DNA from: Parcubacteria group bacterium GW2011_GWC1_45_13
GTDB lineage: Bacteria > Patescibacteriota > Minisyncoccia > UBA11713 > 2-01-FULL-45-33
Direction: 5' to 3'
Length of the DNA stretch: 64,000 nt
Assembly (NCBI GenBank): GCA_001001285.1
Contig: LCKG01000003.1
Location: 27,746-91,745 of the forward strand
Part shown: positions 45,301 through 54,943 of the stretch, one piece after another
Position numbering within the stretch: the first letter of the stretch is position 1
Layout of the letters: every line of letters starts with the position of its first letter
The notes under the pieces: model-generated
The model's database searches: none
The model's input: only the letters and a program-made list of their open reading frames with translations
What the model was told of the DNA's origin: nothing
Made by a program: the position numbers and the translations under genes

Positions 45301-45657
45301 ATAACCCAGCAGCCCTTGGGTGGAAAAGCGCAGGGCGGAGGGCAGCGTTTTGGAGAAATGGAAGTTTGGGCGCTGGAAGGTTACGGCGCAGCGCACACTT
45401 TGCAGGAAGTGTTGACCATTAAATCGGACGATGTTTTAGGCCGTGCCGCGGCTTACGACGCCATTGTCCGCGGGGAACCTTTTAGGGCTCCCAATATGCC
45501 GGCGTCTTTTCATGTTTTAGTAAATGAATTAAAAGGTCTTTCTCTGGATGTTGAGCTTAAAGGCGTGGAAAGTGTGCCTGAAGAAATAGAAGAAAAAGAA
45601 ATTAAAACCAAAAGCCGCCAAAAAGAGCGCTTTGAAGAATATATTGAAGCGGAATAA
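42382..45657 (+). CDS. rpoB: DNA-directed RNA polymerase subunit beta
   Basis: 1091 aa with rifampicin-cluster and catalytic regions (…NMQRQAVP…; GRHGNKGVISRILP…). Confidence 0.97.
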   Translation: MPIQKKYFSRYREPLASLPNLAEMQLKSFEWLAKEGIGEILKEFSPVLDYTGEELALEFLDYSLDEPKFDENYSRVNNLSYEASLRLRIRLVNKRTGEKKEQEIFLADMPIMTPRGTFLINGVERVIVSQLARSFGAYFTANISRGKKLFGAKIIPSRGAWLEFETESDGTMYVKVDRKRKIAATALLRIFGMEKNEEIKDAFSKVDNGEVSFINQTLEKDSTKTADDAYVEVFKRIRQGELATPENARELVELMFGPERYDISAVGRYKLGQRLPALASMKVKNPRILNKEDMIVVISEIISLNNNPLAVQDDIDNLGNRRVRSVGEMLQQRLRIGLARMERTIKDRMSTSDLATVTPAQLLNARPFAAVISEFFMTNQLSQFMDQTNVLSELEHKRRVSALGPGGLTRERSGFEVRDVHPSYYGRLCPIMTPEGPNIGLINYLAGYAKINEYGILETPYRKVVDGRVSKELHYLTAFEEVRHKIAQAGVSIDKEGNILDEECEGRASGQPALIPRGEINYMDVSPQQAFSVATSLVPFLEHDDSTRAMMGSNMQRQAVPCVRPQAPLVATGMEEKAAKDSGRLVLADVDGIVSKVDANSVTIRYEKPRRKVGAPTKASEEKTYELMTFVRSNQSTVIHQRPSVKVGDKVEKGDVLADTSLTDRGHLALGQNLLVAFLSWGGANFEDAIILSDRMVKDDVFTSVLIEDYTVSVRDTKLGPEITTHDIPNVGEERLKDLDEDGIVRIGAEVRPGDILVGKISPKGESDLTPEERLLRAIFGEKARDVKDTSFRMPHGRKGRVVGIKIFSREKGDKLETGVIKEIRIEVAEMRKVSPGDKLAGRHGNKGVISRILPQEDMPYLDDGTPVDIILNPLGVASRMNIGQILETHLGWAAQKLGYMAITPTLAGATETEIKEELKKAGLPEDGKIKLFDGRTGREFDQKVTVGMIYVMKLSHMVEDKIHMRSIGPYSLITQQPLGGKAQGGGQRFGEMEVWALEGYGAAHTLQEVLTIKSDDVLGRAAAYDAIVRGEPFRAPNMPASFHVLVNELKGLSLDVELKGVESVPEEIEEKEIKTKSRQKERFEEYIEAE

Positions 45658-45663
45658 ATAGAT

Positions 45664-48600
45664 ATGGAAACCCAAAAAATAACTGATTTTAAATCTTTAT
45701 CGATTCGCTTGGCATCCCGCGAGAGAATTTTAAATTGGTCCCGAGGCGAGGTGACCAAGCCCGAGACAATCAATTACCGCACGCAGAGGCCGGAAAAAGA
45801 TGGGCTTTTTGACGAACGCATTTTCGGTCCGGAAAAAGATTACGAATGTTATTGCGGAAAATATAAGCGCGTGAGATACAAGGGAATTATTTGCGACAAA
45901 TGCGGAGTGGAGGTGACCCGTTCCATCGTGCGCCGGGAAAGAATGGGGCATATTGAGCTGGCTTCGCCGGTTTCGCACATTTGGTTTTTGCGCGGCGTGC
46001 CTTCCCGCATCGGGCTTATTTTGGATATGTCGGTTCCGGATTTGGAAAAAGTAATTTACTTCGGCGGATATGTTGTTACCAAGGTTGATGAAAAAGCCAG
46101 AAAAGAAGTCGTGGACGCGGTGGAAAAAGAATACAAATCAAAATCCAAAACCAATTCTGCGGCCGAGAAAGAAGCTCTTAAAAACATTTACGACAGCACG
46201 CTTGCCGAGATAAAAAATTTAAAAGAAAGAGCGGTAATTTCAGAAGTGGAATACCACCGTTTCAGCCTGAAATACGCGCAAGTTTTTGAAGCCGGTATCG
46301 GGGCGGAAGCGCTGAAAAAACTTTGTTCCCAGCTTAATCTCAACCAGATTTCCGGAGGGCTCGCCAAGGATATGGAAGAGGCTTCGCCTTTGCAAAAAAA
46401 GAAAATTTTAAGAAGGTTGCGCTTGATTCAATCTCTAATTCGCTCCGGCGTGCGCCCGGATTGGATGTTCCTTACAGCGATTCCCATAATCCCGCCGGCT
46501 TTGCGCCCGATGGTGCAATTGGAAGGCGGACGGCACGCGACTTCCGACATCAACGATCTTTACCGCCGGGTGATCAACCGCAACAACCGCCTGAAAAAAC
46601 TTTTGGAAATCAAAGCGCCGGAAGTTATCGTAAGAAACGAAAAAAGAATGCTTCAAGAATCCGTGGACGCTTTGATTGATAATTCCATAAAACGCACCCA
46701 AGGCCCCGCGGCCACTTCCCAAGCTCAAAAAAGGCCTTTGAGATCTTTAGCCGATATGTTGAAAGGCAAGCAAGGCAGGTTCAGGCAGAATCTTTTGGGC
46801 AAGCGCGTGGATTATTCCGGCAGGTCAGTGATAGTGGTAGGTCCGGAATTAAAACTTCATCAATGCGGTCTCCCGAAGCATATGGCTCTGGAACTTTTCA
46901 GGCCGTTTGTCATCCATGATTTAATCGCCCGCGACTTGGCACATACCATCAAAGGCGCTGGACGCTTGATAGATGATTTAAAACAAGAAGTTTGGGAAAG
47001 CCTGGAAAATGTCATTAAAGATAAATACGTGCTTTTGAATCGCGCACCGACTCTGCACCGCTTAGGCATCCAGGCTTTTCAGCCGATACTTATTGAAGGC
47101 AACGCTATTCAACTTCATCCTTTGGTTTGCTCGGCTTTCAATGCCGACTTTGACGGCGACCAGATGGCTGTACATGTGCCTTTAACCGATGAAGCTCAAA
47201 AAGAAGCCAGGAGTATCATGGCCTCCGTCAAAAATCTTTTAAAACCGGGAAATGGCGAGCCAGTGATAACTCCAACTCAAGACATCGTTATGGGCATCGC
47301 CTATCTTACGAGGATTCGCCCTGTGGCGAAAGGGGAAGGAAAATATTTTGCCAGTCCCAACGAAGCCATTTTGGCTTACGACTACGGCTGGGTTGATATT
47401 CATTCAAAACTTTTCGTAAAAATAACCAAAACTCCAAAGTACCAGCAGGTCGGCCGTGAAATTTTAGAGACCTCCGTGGGGCGGCTACTTTTTAACAGTG
47501 TTTTGCCCCGCGATTACGCGTTCTTAAATAAAGAGATGACTAAAAAAGATTTGGAGCGTCTGGTTTCAAATTTAATCCAGAGATACGGCATTGACGCTAC
47601 CCCAATGATTTTAGACCGCATCAAAAGTTTAGGTTTCAGGCATGCCACCGATTCCGGAATCAGCTGGGGGATGGACGATATTCAGGTACCTGAAGAAAAA
47701 AAATCTTTAATAGAAAAAGCCAAAGAAGAAGCGCGCGTCATAGAAAATCAATACAATCAAGGGCTTTTAACCGATCGGGAGCGCTCCGAAAAAATCATTG
47801 AGGCATGGACTAATGTAAAAACCAAGGTTGATGCGCTGGCGCCGTCTGCGCTGGACCCTTTCGGTCCGATTCATTATATGGTTTCTTCGGGCGCTCGCGG
47901 CAACTGGGCGCAGATTAACCAATTGGCTTCTATGAAAGGACTCGTGGTAAATCCTTCCGGCCGCACAATTGAGCTTCCCATTTTGGCAAGTTACAAAGAA
48001 GGTCTGGCCGTGCTGGAATATTTTATCTCTACCCATGCTTCCCGAAAAGGAACAGCGGACACTGCGCTTAAAACTGCAGCCGCCGGATATTTGACGCGTC
48101 GCTTGGTGGACGTGGTGCAGGACGTCATAGTCAGCGAGCCGGATTGCAAAGACGAAGCCGGTTTTGAAGTGTATAAAAAAGATTTCGATAAGCTCGGAAA
48201 AAATTTCGCTTCGCGCGTTTTCGGTCGCGTTTTGGCGATGGATATTTTAGACCCATCATTGGGAAAACCGCTTTTCAAAAAAGGGCATCTTTTATCTATG
48301 GATGACGCTGAGCGCGTCGCTTCGCTGAATATTTCCACGGTAACACTGCGCTCGCCGATTTCTTGCAGGTCCCGCCGGGGAATTTGCCAACTTTGCTATG
48401 GATACGACCTCGGCTCCAACACTCCGGTAAAATTGGGCGAAGCGGTGGGTATTGTTGCGGCGCAAGCAGTTGGCGAGCCGGGCACGCAGCTGACCATGCG
48501 AACTTTCCATGTGGGAGGCATCGCCGGAGCTGCCGACATTACAATGGGTCTTCCGCGAGTTGAGGAAATTTTTGAACTGCGCACACCAAAAACTCCGGCT

Positions 48601-49272
48601 ATACTTTCCAATATTTCTGGAATTGTTTCGGCTATTGTTGATTCACCTGAAGGCAATCGCGATAAAATTATACGAATCGGAGAAGCGGAATTTACCGCGC
48701 CTTTCGGGCGTACGATTTTAGTTTCTCCCGGCGAAGAAATTAATCCCGGGGACAGGCTTACCGAAGGCGCGGCCGACATCAAAGAGCTTTTAACGGTGGC
48801 CGGAATAAAAGCCGCCCAAAATTATATTATTTATGAAGTCCAACAGCTTTACACTTTTCAGGGCGCTTCCATAAACGACAAACATATTGAAACCATAGTC
48901 CGTCAGATGTTCTCCAGAGTGAAAATCAAAGATCCCGGCGGAACCAAACTGGGCATCGGAGAAATTGTTGAAAAACCTATGTTGCGCGAGGAAAATTTAA
49001 AAATTAGAAAAGCTAGCGGGCTCCCGGCGAAAGCCGTCCAGTTGATGATGGGCATTACTAATGTGGCGCTGACCACGGAAAGTTTCCTTTCGGCGGCCTC
49101 TTTTATGCAAACTATGCGCGTTTTGACCAACGCCGCCATTGAAGGGAAGGAAGATAAATTGCGCGGCCTTAAAGAAAACGTCATCATCGGCCGGCTCATT
49201 CCCGCCGGCACCGGCTACCGCAAAGAATACCTCAAAAAACTGGAATCGGCGGCGAAAGAAGAGGAAGAGTAG
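45664..49272 (+). CDS. rpoC: DNA-directed RNA polymerase subunit beta'
   Basis: Zn-finger CYCGKYKRVRYKGIICDKCGVEV; catalytic NADFDGDQMAVHVP. 1202 aa. Confidence 0.97.
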   Translation: METQKITDFKSLSIRLASRERILNWSRGEVTKPETINYRTQRPEKDGLFDERIFGPEKDYECYCGKYKRVRYKGIICDKCGVEVTRSIVRRERMGHIELASPVSHIWFLRGVPSRIGLILDMSVPDLEKVIYFGGYVVTKVDEKARKEVVDAVEKEYKSKSKTNSAAEKEALKNIYDSTLAEIKNLKERAVISEVEYHRFSLKYAQVFEAGIGAEALKKLCSQLNLNQISGGLAKDMEEASPLQKKKILRRLRLIQSLIRSGVRPDWMFLTAIPIIPPALRPMVQLEGGRHATSDINDLYRRVINRNNRLKKLLEIKAPEVIVRNEKRMLQESVDALIDNSIKRTQGPAATSQAQKRPLRSLADMLKGKQGRFRQNLLGKRVDYSGRSVIVVGPELKLHQCGLPKHMALELFRPFVIHDLIARDLAHTIKGAGRLIDDLKQEVWESLENVIKDKYVLLNRAPTLHRLGIQAFQPILIEGNAIQLHPLVCSAFNADFDGDQMAVHVPLTDEAQKEARSIMASVKNLLKPGNGEPVITPTQDIVMGIAYLTRIRPVAKGEGKYFASPNEAILAYDYGWVDIHSKLFVKITKTPKYQQVGREILETSVGRLLFNSVLPRDYAFLNKEMTKKDLERLVSNLIQRYGIDATPMILDRIKSLGFRHATDSGISWGMDDIQVPEEKKSLIEKAKEEARVIENQYNQGLLTDRERSEKIIEAWTNVKTKVDALAPSALDPFGPIHYMVSSGARGNWAQINQLASMKGLVVNPSGRTIELPILASYKEGLAVLEYFISTHASRKGTADTALKTAAAGYLTRRLVDVVQDVIVSEPDCKDEAGFEVYKKDFDKLGKNFASRVFGRVLAMDILDPSLGKPLFKKGHLLSMDDAERVASLNISTVTLRSPISCRSRRGICQLCYGYDLGSNTPVKLGEAVGIVAAQAVGEPGTQLTMRTFHVGGIAGAADITMGLPRVEEIFELRTPKTPAILSNISGIVSAIVDSPEGNRDKIIRIGEAEFTAPFGRTILVSPGEEINPGDRLTEGAADIKELLTVAGIKAAQNYIIYEVQQLYTFQGASINDKHIETIVRQMFSRVKIKDPGGTKLGIGEIVEKPMLREENLKIRKASGLPAKAVQLMMGITNVALTTESFLSAASFMQTMRVLTNAAIEGKEDKLRGLKENVIIGRLIPAGTGYRKEYLKKLESAAKEEEE

Positions 49273-49333
49273 GTTTTTGGCTTGCAAATTTTTATATAAC
49301 TGCTAAGATTTTTTCAGAAAGGTGGAAAGTCCT

Positions 49334-50203
49334 ATGAAAATTACTTACCTCGGACCTGCCGGAGCAACATTTTCTGCGATGGCTTATGACAAGCTGGCCT
49401 TTATGTTCGACGCGCCTAAAACTGGCGATTCTGGCACAGAGCTTTTGCTTGCGCAATCGAATGAGGAGATTTTGCCGCTTATGCTGAAGCACGGTGGCTA
49501 CGGAGTCATGGCTATGGAAACAAAGGCACAAGGGCGCATTGATCCGCCGGTTAATTCTTTCATCGAGCTTTTGGAAGCATACGACGAACGCTGTCCCGTT
49601 AGTATTGTCGCGGCTATCCGCATGAGACTCAATTTCGCGCTCATGGCCCGCCCTGGTCTGTCTGTGGACAAAGTGAAAATGATTTTGGCGCACAAGCAAG
49701 CCCTGGGCGCGTGCCGTAAACGCTTGGAAACTCTGGGGGCGGAATTGATTGAAGCTTTGAGCAATGGTCAAGCCGCTGAAGATGTGGCAACTAAAGACGA
49801 CTTGGCCTATGCTGCTGCTCTTGGGCCGAGTGTCGCGGCAGAAAAATATGGCCTTGTGATACTAAATGGCGCGTTTGAAGACAAGGAAGCCGTAACTACT
49901 TTTTTTCTTTTGAGCGCCGAAGGCAGCGCTTCGTGGACATGCGAAGAAAACCGCGGGCTTATGGTCTTTAGAACAAAACATAAGCCCGGCGCTCTTGTGA
50001 GCGTTCTTACACCATTCGCTAGACTGGGCATCAATCTGATACACATCCATTCTTTGTATTCCGGCAACGGTGAATACGATTTCGCCGTAGAAACCGAATG
50101 CGGTTTTACTGAATTAGGGAGCCATCTGCTTGCCGGGAGAAACGCCAGAGAGTTTATGACCAAACATATAGTCTTTGGCCCATTCGCAATCTTAGACGTT
50201 TAA
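49334..50203 (+). CDS. pheA: Prephenate dehydratase (PDT + ACT domains)
   Basis: ITYLGPAGATFS N-terminal motif and a C-terminal ACT regulatory domain. Start taken at the second Met. Confidence 0.75.
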   Translation: MKITYLGPAGATFSAMAYDKLAFMFDAPKTGDSGTELLLAQSNEEILPLMLKHGGYGVMAMETKAQGRIDPPVNSFIELLEAYDERCPVSIVAAIRMRLNFALMARPGLSVDKVKMILAHKQALGACRKRLETLGAELIEALSNGQAAEDVATKDDLAYAAALGPSVAAEKYGLVILNGAFEDKEAVTTFFLLSAEGSASWTCEENRGLMVFRTKHKPGALVSVLTPFARLGINLIHIHSLYSGNGEYDFAVETECGFTELGSHLLAGRNAREFMTKHIVFGPFAILDV

Positions 50204-50212
50204 TATGGAATC

Positions 50213-50241
50213 ATGCGCCTGCGCCGTCGGGCGCATTTTTA
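50213..50241 (+). terminator. Rho-independent terminator after pheA
   Basis: ATGCGCC-N10-GGCGCAT followed by TTTTTAT. Confidence 0.55.
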
Positions 50242-50244
50242 TAT

Positions 50245-50322
50245 ATGATTTGCTATAATAAATAAATGGCGAAAAAGAAACGGAATAACGGAAAAAATGG
50301 AGCGGGGATTGGGGCGTGGCAT
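50245..50322 (+). repeat. Duplicate of ftsK promoter + first 19 codons (about 94% identical to 51328..51405)
   Basis: TTTGCTATAAT(A/T)AAATAAATGGCGAAAAAGAAA…GGAGCGGGGATTGGGGCGTGGCAT is shared. Here the open frame MAKKKRNNGKNGAGIGAWHWA stops, and the PaaX-like ORF starts (GTG) inside the duplicated segment. Confidence 0.8.
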
Positions 50323-50816
50323 TGGGCTTAGCGGCTCATTCTCCTCGAAGGCGAAGAAGGGTGTTTAAAAATATACCTTTAGAATTTAACAAAATTGACC
50401 GGCGCGTTCTTCAACGCATTATACGCGAATTCCATCGCGATAGACTGGTAGATTTTAAGGAAGATGGGGATAACGGCGTTCGGATTATTCTTACAGAGCA
50501 GGGCGTCAAAAAGGCGTTGCGGTATAATATTGATGCCATCTTTATTGAAGAGCCTAAAAAATGGGATGGAAAATGGAGGATCGTGGTTTTTGATATTCCG
50601 GAAAAAATGAAAAAGGCTCGCGAGGCGCTGCGTGACAAACTGCGCAAACTCGGTTTTTATCAACTTCAAAAAAGCGTTTTTGTTTTCCCCTTCGCGTGCC
50701 ATGATGAAATAAATTTTATTGTTGAATTTTTTGAATTACGCTCCAATGTCCGCATTATGACCGTGTTGGACATTACTAATGAAGCCGAACTAAAATTGCA
50801 TTTTGGGCTTTCTTAA
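50316..50816 (+). CDS. PaaX-like transcriptional regulator family protein (paralog 1, N-terminally remodelled)
   Basis: wHTH (RVLQRIIREFHRDRLVDF) plus KWDGKWRIVVFDIPEKMKKAREALRDKLRKLGFYQLQKSVFVFP (the PaaX C-domain WDGKW motif). GTG start. Confidence 0.6.
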   Translation: MALGLAAHSPRRRRRVFKNIPLEFNKIDRRVLQRIIREFHRDRLVDFKEDGDNGVRIILTEQGVKKALRYNIDAIFIEEPKKWDGKWRIVVFDIPEKMKKAREALRDKLRKLGFYQLQKSVFVFPFACHDEINFIVEFFELRSNVRIMTVLDITNEAELKLHFGLS

Positions 50817-51001
50817 ATTTGGTTTAGAATACTTTAGAATACTGATGCACCATACTTTTGCGATCGCCGGAGAACGGACTTTTCTTTGTTTGACTTATTA
50901 AGTCCGCTGTGCTAGGGTTAGGGCGTTATCAAGCAACGCGCTTGGCAATCTCCATGGCGGAGCGTAGCCGTAAATTGTTCATTGAGAAAAAGGAGAAACG
51001 C

Positions 51002-51250
51002 ATGGAAAATCTTGGAAAAGAGCTGAAGGTAAATCTGGAAAAAAAGTTAAGAAAGAGGTATGCCGAAAGAATCGTGCAGGAAATAATGAGGCGATTTCGC
51101 CCAACGTCGCCGTCGCAAGACGAAAAGACCGCGCTGTCTACTTGTATGCAAATAGCTGGAGATGTCTTGCGAGAATCAGCGCGAGACGCAGTCAGAGAAA
51201 CAAAGGCGGATGCAGACGCAAGACTTTCAACAGGATATTGGGGTGATTAA
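51002..51250 (+). CDS. Hypothetical small basic protein
   Basis: Start at the ATG preceded by AAGGAG. 82 aa, Lys/Arg-rich. Confidence 0.4.
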   Translation: MENLGKELKVNLEKKLRKRYAERIVQEIMRRFRPTSPSQDEKTALSTCMQIAGDVLRESARDAVRETKADADARLSTGYWGD

Positions 51251-51346
51251 TTGAATTTGGGTTTTTCGTGTGGGCTTTCTCGTCATTGCTATCGAGAAGG
51301 CCTTTTTATTTACCTCAAAGAGCTTTATTTTGCTATAATTAAATAA

Positions 51347-53566
51347 ATGGCGAAAAAGAAAAGGAATAACGGGAAAAGCGGAGCGGGGATTGGGGCGTGG
51401 CATCAGAATTTAAGGCCGGAGACCAAGCATTCGCTTTGGGCGGTTTTATCTTTTCTGGCGGCGGTGCTTTTGGCGCTGGCTTATTTCGGCAAAGCCGGGC
51501 TGGTAGGGGACGCAATCCAAAAAACTTTGCTTTTGGTTTTCGGAAAAGGTTTTTTTCTCGTCTCTCTGGCTTTTCTTCTGGCCGGGTTATCGTTTCTTTT
51601 TGCTTTGGGAAACCATCTGCTTATTACCACTATTCTCGGCGGAGTTTTATTTTTAATAAGTTCTTTGGGGCTTTCCGATATTTTATTCGGCGCTTACACC
51701 GGCGGGTATGTCGGCTTTTTATTTTCTTTCCCATTTTTGAAATTATTTGATTTTTGGGCGTCTCTGATAATTTTTTCCGCCCTGCTTCTGGCGTCCTTCC
51801 TGATTATGCTTAATGTTTCTTTAAAGCCGAAAAGAAAAGAGAAAGCAGAAAGAGAAAAAGCGGAAGAAAAAATCTTCGCGCCAATGCCAGCTGTTCCCTC
51901 GCTTTCTTTGCCTCCGGCAAAAATTGAAGAAAAAAAGATTGAAGAAAATGACGAAGAAACGTCCATTTTGTCTTTAATCCCCAAAAATATTTTCAGAAAA
52001 TCATACAAGCCGCAGAAACTTGAACTTGCCAAAGAATACGCCACTCCGCCGTTGGACCTTTTGGAGGACGACAAAGGCACGCCTTCATCGGGCGACATCA
52101 AAGCCAACGCCAATATTATAAAAAGGACATTGCAAAATTTTGGTATTGACGTGGAGATGTCCGAGGTGAACGTTGGCCCTTCGGTTACGCAGTACACTTT
52201 AAAACCCGCAGAGGGAGTAAAGCTTGCCCGCATCACGGCTTTGCATAACGACTTGGCGTTGGCTTTGGCGGCGCATCCTTTGAGAATTGAAGCGCCCATT
52301 CCCAGCAAATCTTTGGTTGGAATAGAAGTGCCAAACCGCTCTATTGCTTTGGTGGGGCTTCGAAGCCTCTTAGGCATGGATGAATTTAAAAACGGCATGC
52401 CGCTTACTTTTGCGCTGGGCAGGGATGTTTCTGGCAGGGCGGTTTTCGCCGATATCGCCAAAATGCCGCATCTTTTGGTGGCTGGAGCCACCGGTTCGGG
52501 AAAATCAATTACTATGCACACTTTAATTGTGAGTTTGCTTTATAAAAATTCTCCGGAATTCGTGCGCTTTTTAATGATAGACCCTAAAAGGGTGGAGCTT
52601 TCCGTGTATAAAAATCTTCCGCACCTTCTGGCGCCGGTAATCACTGACGCCAAAAAGGCCATTATGTCTTTAAGATGGGCCGTCCGCGAAATGGAAAGGC
52701 GATACGAAAAACTTTCCGAGGTCGGCGCCAGGGATATTGTTTCCTACAACACAGAAATGATAAAGGAAAAAGCGCACGATGAAATTTTGCCAAATCTCAT
52801 AATAATTATTGACGAGCTGGCCGACCTTATGGCTTCCTATCCGCGTGAAATGGAGGCCTCAATCGTGCGCTTGGCGCAGATGTCGCGGGCGGTGGGAATT
52901 CATTTGGTAGTTTCCACCCAGCGCCCATCGGTTGAGGTGATTACCGGTTTAATCAAAGCGAATATTACTTCAAGAATCGCTTTGCAGGTGGCTTCCGGCG
53001 TGGATTCGCGCACAATTTTGGATATGTCTGGAGCCGAAAAACTTTTGGGCAACGGCGACATGCTTTTTTTGGCGGGGGACACTTCTAAACCGAGAAGAAT
53101 CCAAGCGGCATTTATATCAGAAAAGGAAGTGAAAAAAGTCGCGGCGTATGTCGCGGAGTCCGCCGGAGAATTTTTGGCCGAAGGCGCCCGCCTGCCGGAC
53201 GGGCATGGAGAAATTGATTTTGAATTGAAATTGCCGTTAGCCAACGGAGCCGGCGGAGATTTGGGAGAAAATGAGGATATGGACGACGAACTTTATGAAG
53301 AGGCCAAAAGGCTTATTGTGGACGCGCAAAAAGCTTCGGCGTCATACCTTCAAAGAAGGCTGCGGGTTGGCTACGCCAGAGCCGCGCGGCTCTTGGATAT
53401 GTTGGAAGCGCAGGGCGTAATCGGCCCCGGCGAAGGGGCGAAGCCGAGGGAGGTTTTGATTAAAAAATCAGCGGAATCAATCGCGATTGGCAAAACTTTG
53501 GAGCCGGAAGATTTTGGAGATGACGAAGAAAAATCCGATACTCCTTACACTAACTTTGATTTTTGA
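51347..53566 (+). CDS. ftsK: DNA translocase FtsK/SpoIIIE
   Basis: N-terminal TM region. Motor domain with Walker A GATGSGKS, Walker B IIIIDELADL and the C-terminal gamma winged helix. The TGcTATAAT promoter gives a near-leaderless start. Confidence 0.9.
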   Translation: MAKKKRNNGKSGAGIGAWHQNLRPETKHSLWAVLSFLAAVLLALAYFGKAGLVGDAIQKTLLLVFGKGFFLVSLAFLLAGLSFLFALGNHLLITTILGGVLFLISSLGLSDILFGAYTGGYVGFLFSFPFLKLFDFWASLIIFSALLLASFLIMLNVSLKPKRKEKAEREKAEEKIFAPMPAVPSLSLPPAKIEEKKIEENDEETSILSLIPKNIFRKSYKPQKLELAKEYATPPLDLLEDDKGTPSSGDIKANANIIKRTLQNFGIDVEMSEVNVGPSVTQYTLKPAEGVKLARITALHNDLALALAAHPLRIEAPIPSKSLVGIEVPNRSIALVGLRSLLGMDEFKNGMPLTFALGRDVSGRAVFADIAKMPHLLVAGATGSGKSITMHTLIVSLLYKNSPEFVRFLMIDPKRVELSVYKNLPHLLAPVITDAKKAIMSLRWAVREMERRYEKLSEVGARDIVSYNTEMIKEKAHDEILPNLIIIIDELADLMASYPREMEASIVRLAQMSRAVGIHLVVSTQRPSVEVITGLIKANITSRIALQVASGVDSRTILDMSGAEKLLGNGDMLFLAGDTSKPRRIQAAFISEKEVKKVAAYVAESAGEFLAEGARLPDGHGEIDFELKLPLANGAGGDLGENEDMDDELYEEAKRLIVDAQKASASYLQRRLRVGYARAARLLDMLEAQGVIGPGEGAKPREVLIKKSAESIAIGKTLEPEDFGDDEEKSDTPYTNFDF

Positions 53567-53898
53567 TTATGCATATTCGCCGCTGGATATTTTTGGGGAT
53601 AATAATTTTGGCGGGGGGGTATTTTTTTTATGAGGCGAGGGGAGTGCTTTTTAATCCAAAACTGGAAATTTTTGAACCGAAAGATGGCGCGGTTTTAATG
53701 TCCGCGAGAATTCATATTGCAGGGCGCGCCGACCCCAATTCGGCAGTTTGGGTTGCCGGTAAAATTTTTCAGAGCGGAGAGAGCGGCATTTTTGAAGGAG
53801 ATATCGCTTTGGCGCCCGGTTACAATCAAATCGGCGTTTTGGTGAAAGGCCGCTTTGGCGGCGAGACTAGGAAAGTTTTACGGGTTTTGGTAAAATAA
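53563..53898 (+). CDS. Hypothetical membrane-anchored protein
   Basis: N-terminal TM. 111 aa. 4-nt overlap with ftsK. Confidence 0.5.
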   Translation: MIMHIRRWIFLGIIILAGGYFFYEARGVLFNPKLEIFEPKDGAVLMSARIHIAGRADPNSAVWVAGKIFQSGESGIFEGDIALAPGYNQIGVLVKGRFGGETRKVLRVLVK

Positions 53899-53905
53899 CT
53901 TTATT

Positions 53906-54922
53906 ATGGCAAAAAAAGAAGAGAAACAATCAAAGGACAGCAGGTGGCAGCAGGTGGACGCGGCGGTGAGGGATTTGGAGTCCAAATTCGGCGAAGGCGT
54001 GCTTATGAAATTGGGAGACGTCGCGAAAGTTGACGTGGACGTGATTCCGACAGGCTCTTTGAGTTTGGATATGGCTTTGGGGGTCGGCGGAATCCCGCGG
54101 GGAAGAATTATTGAAATTTTTGGGCCGGAGTCTTCCGGAAAAACCACTCTGGCTCTTCATGTTATAGCGGAAGCCCAGAAAAAAGGAGGCATCACCGCTT
54201 TTATTGACGCCGAGCACGCGCTTGACCCGGAATACTCAAAACGGCTGGGCGTAAAGACGGAAGACCTTTTGATTTCCCAGCCGGACACCGGCGAGCAGGC
54301 GCTGGAAATTATTGAATCATTGGTGCGCTCGGGAAAAGTTGACGTGATAGTCGTGGATTCAGTCGCCGCGCTAACTCCTAAAGCGGAAATAGAAGGGGAT
54401 ATGGGCCAGCAGCATATGGGGCTTCAGGCGCGCCTTATGTCGCACGCGCTCCGGAAGCTTACGGCGATAGTCGCCAAGTCCAACACCATAGTAATATTTC
54501 TCAATCAAATCAGGATGAAAATCGGAATAATGTTCGGAAATCCGGAGACCACTCCCGGAGGCAACGCGCTTAAATTTTATTGTTCGGTGCGGATTGATTT
54601 AAGGCGCCTCGCCCAGATTAAAAAAGGCGAGGACATAATCGGCAACCGCGTGAAGGCAAAAATCGTGAAAAATAAAGTGGCGCCGCCTTTTAAAATCGCC
54701 GAGTTTGATATTTTATACAACGAAGGCATTTCTTTTGAAAGCGACCTTTTGGGGCTCGGCGAAAAATACGGCGTTGTAAAAAAATCGGGGGCTTCCTACA
54801 GCTTCGGGGATATTTCTTTGGGGAGGGGCTACGACGCCGCCAGATTAAAGCTCAAAGAAGACAAAAAACTAACCCAAGAATTGGTAAAAGCGATAAAAGA
54901 GATCGCAAAGAAGGCGGAATAA
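53906..54922 (+). CDS. recA: Recombinase RecA
   Basis: [20 protein letters not shown] (Walker A) and L1/L2 loops. 338 aa. Confidence 0.95.
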   Translation: MAKKEEKQSKDSRWQQVDAAVRDLESKFGEGVLMKLGDVAKVDVDVIPTGSLSLDMALGVGGIPRGRIIEIFGPESSGKTTLALHVIAEAQKKGGITAFIDAEHALDPEYSKRLGVKTEDLLISQPDTGEQALEIIESLVRSGKVDVIVVDSVAALTPKAEIEGDMGQQHMGLQARLMSHALRKLTAIVAKSNTIVIFLNQIRMKIGIMFGNPETTPGGNALKFYCSVRIDLRRLAQIKKGEDIIGNRVKAKIVKNKVAPPFKIAEFDILYNEGISFESDLLGLGEKYGVVKKSGASYSFGDISLGRGYDAARLKLKEDKKLTQELVKAIKEIAKKAE

Positions 54923-54943
54923 TTTAACATTTTTTAGACACTT

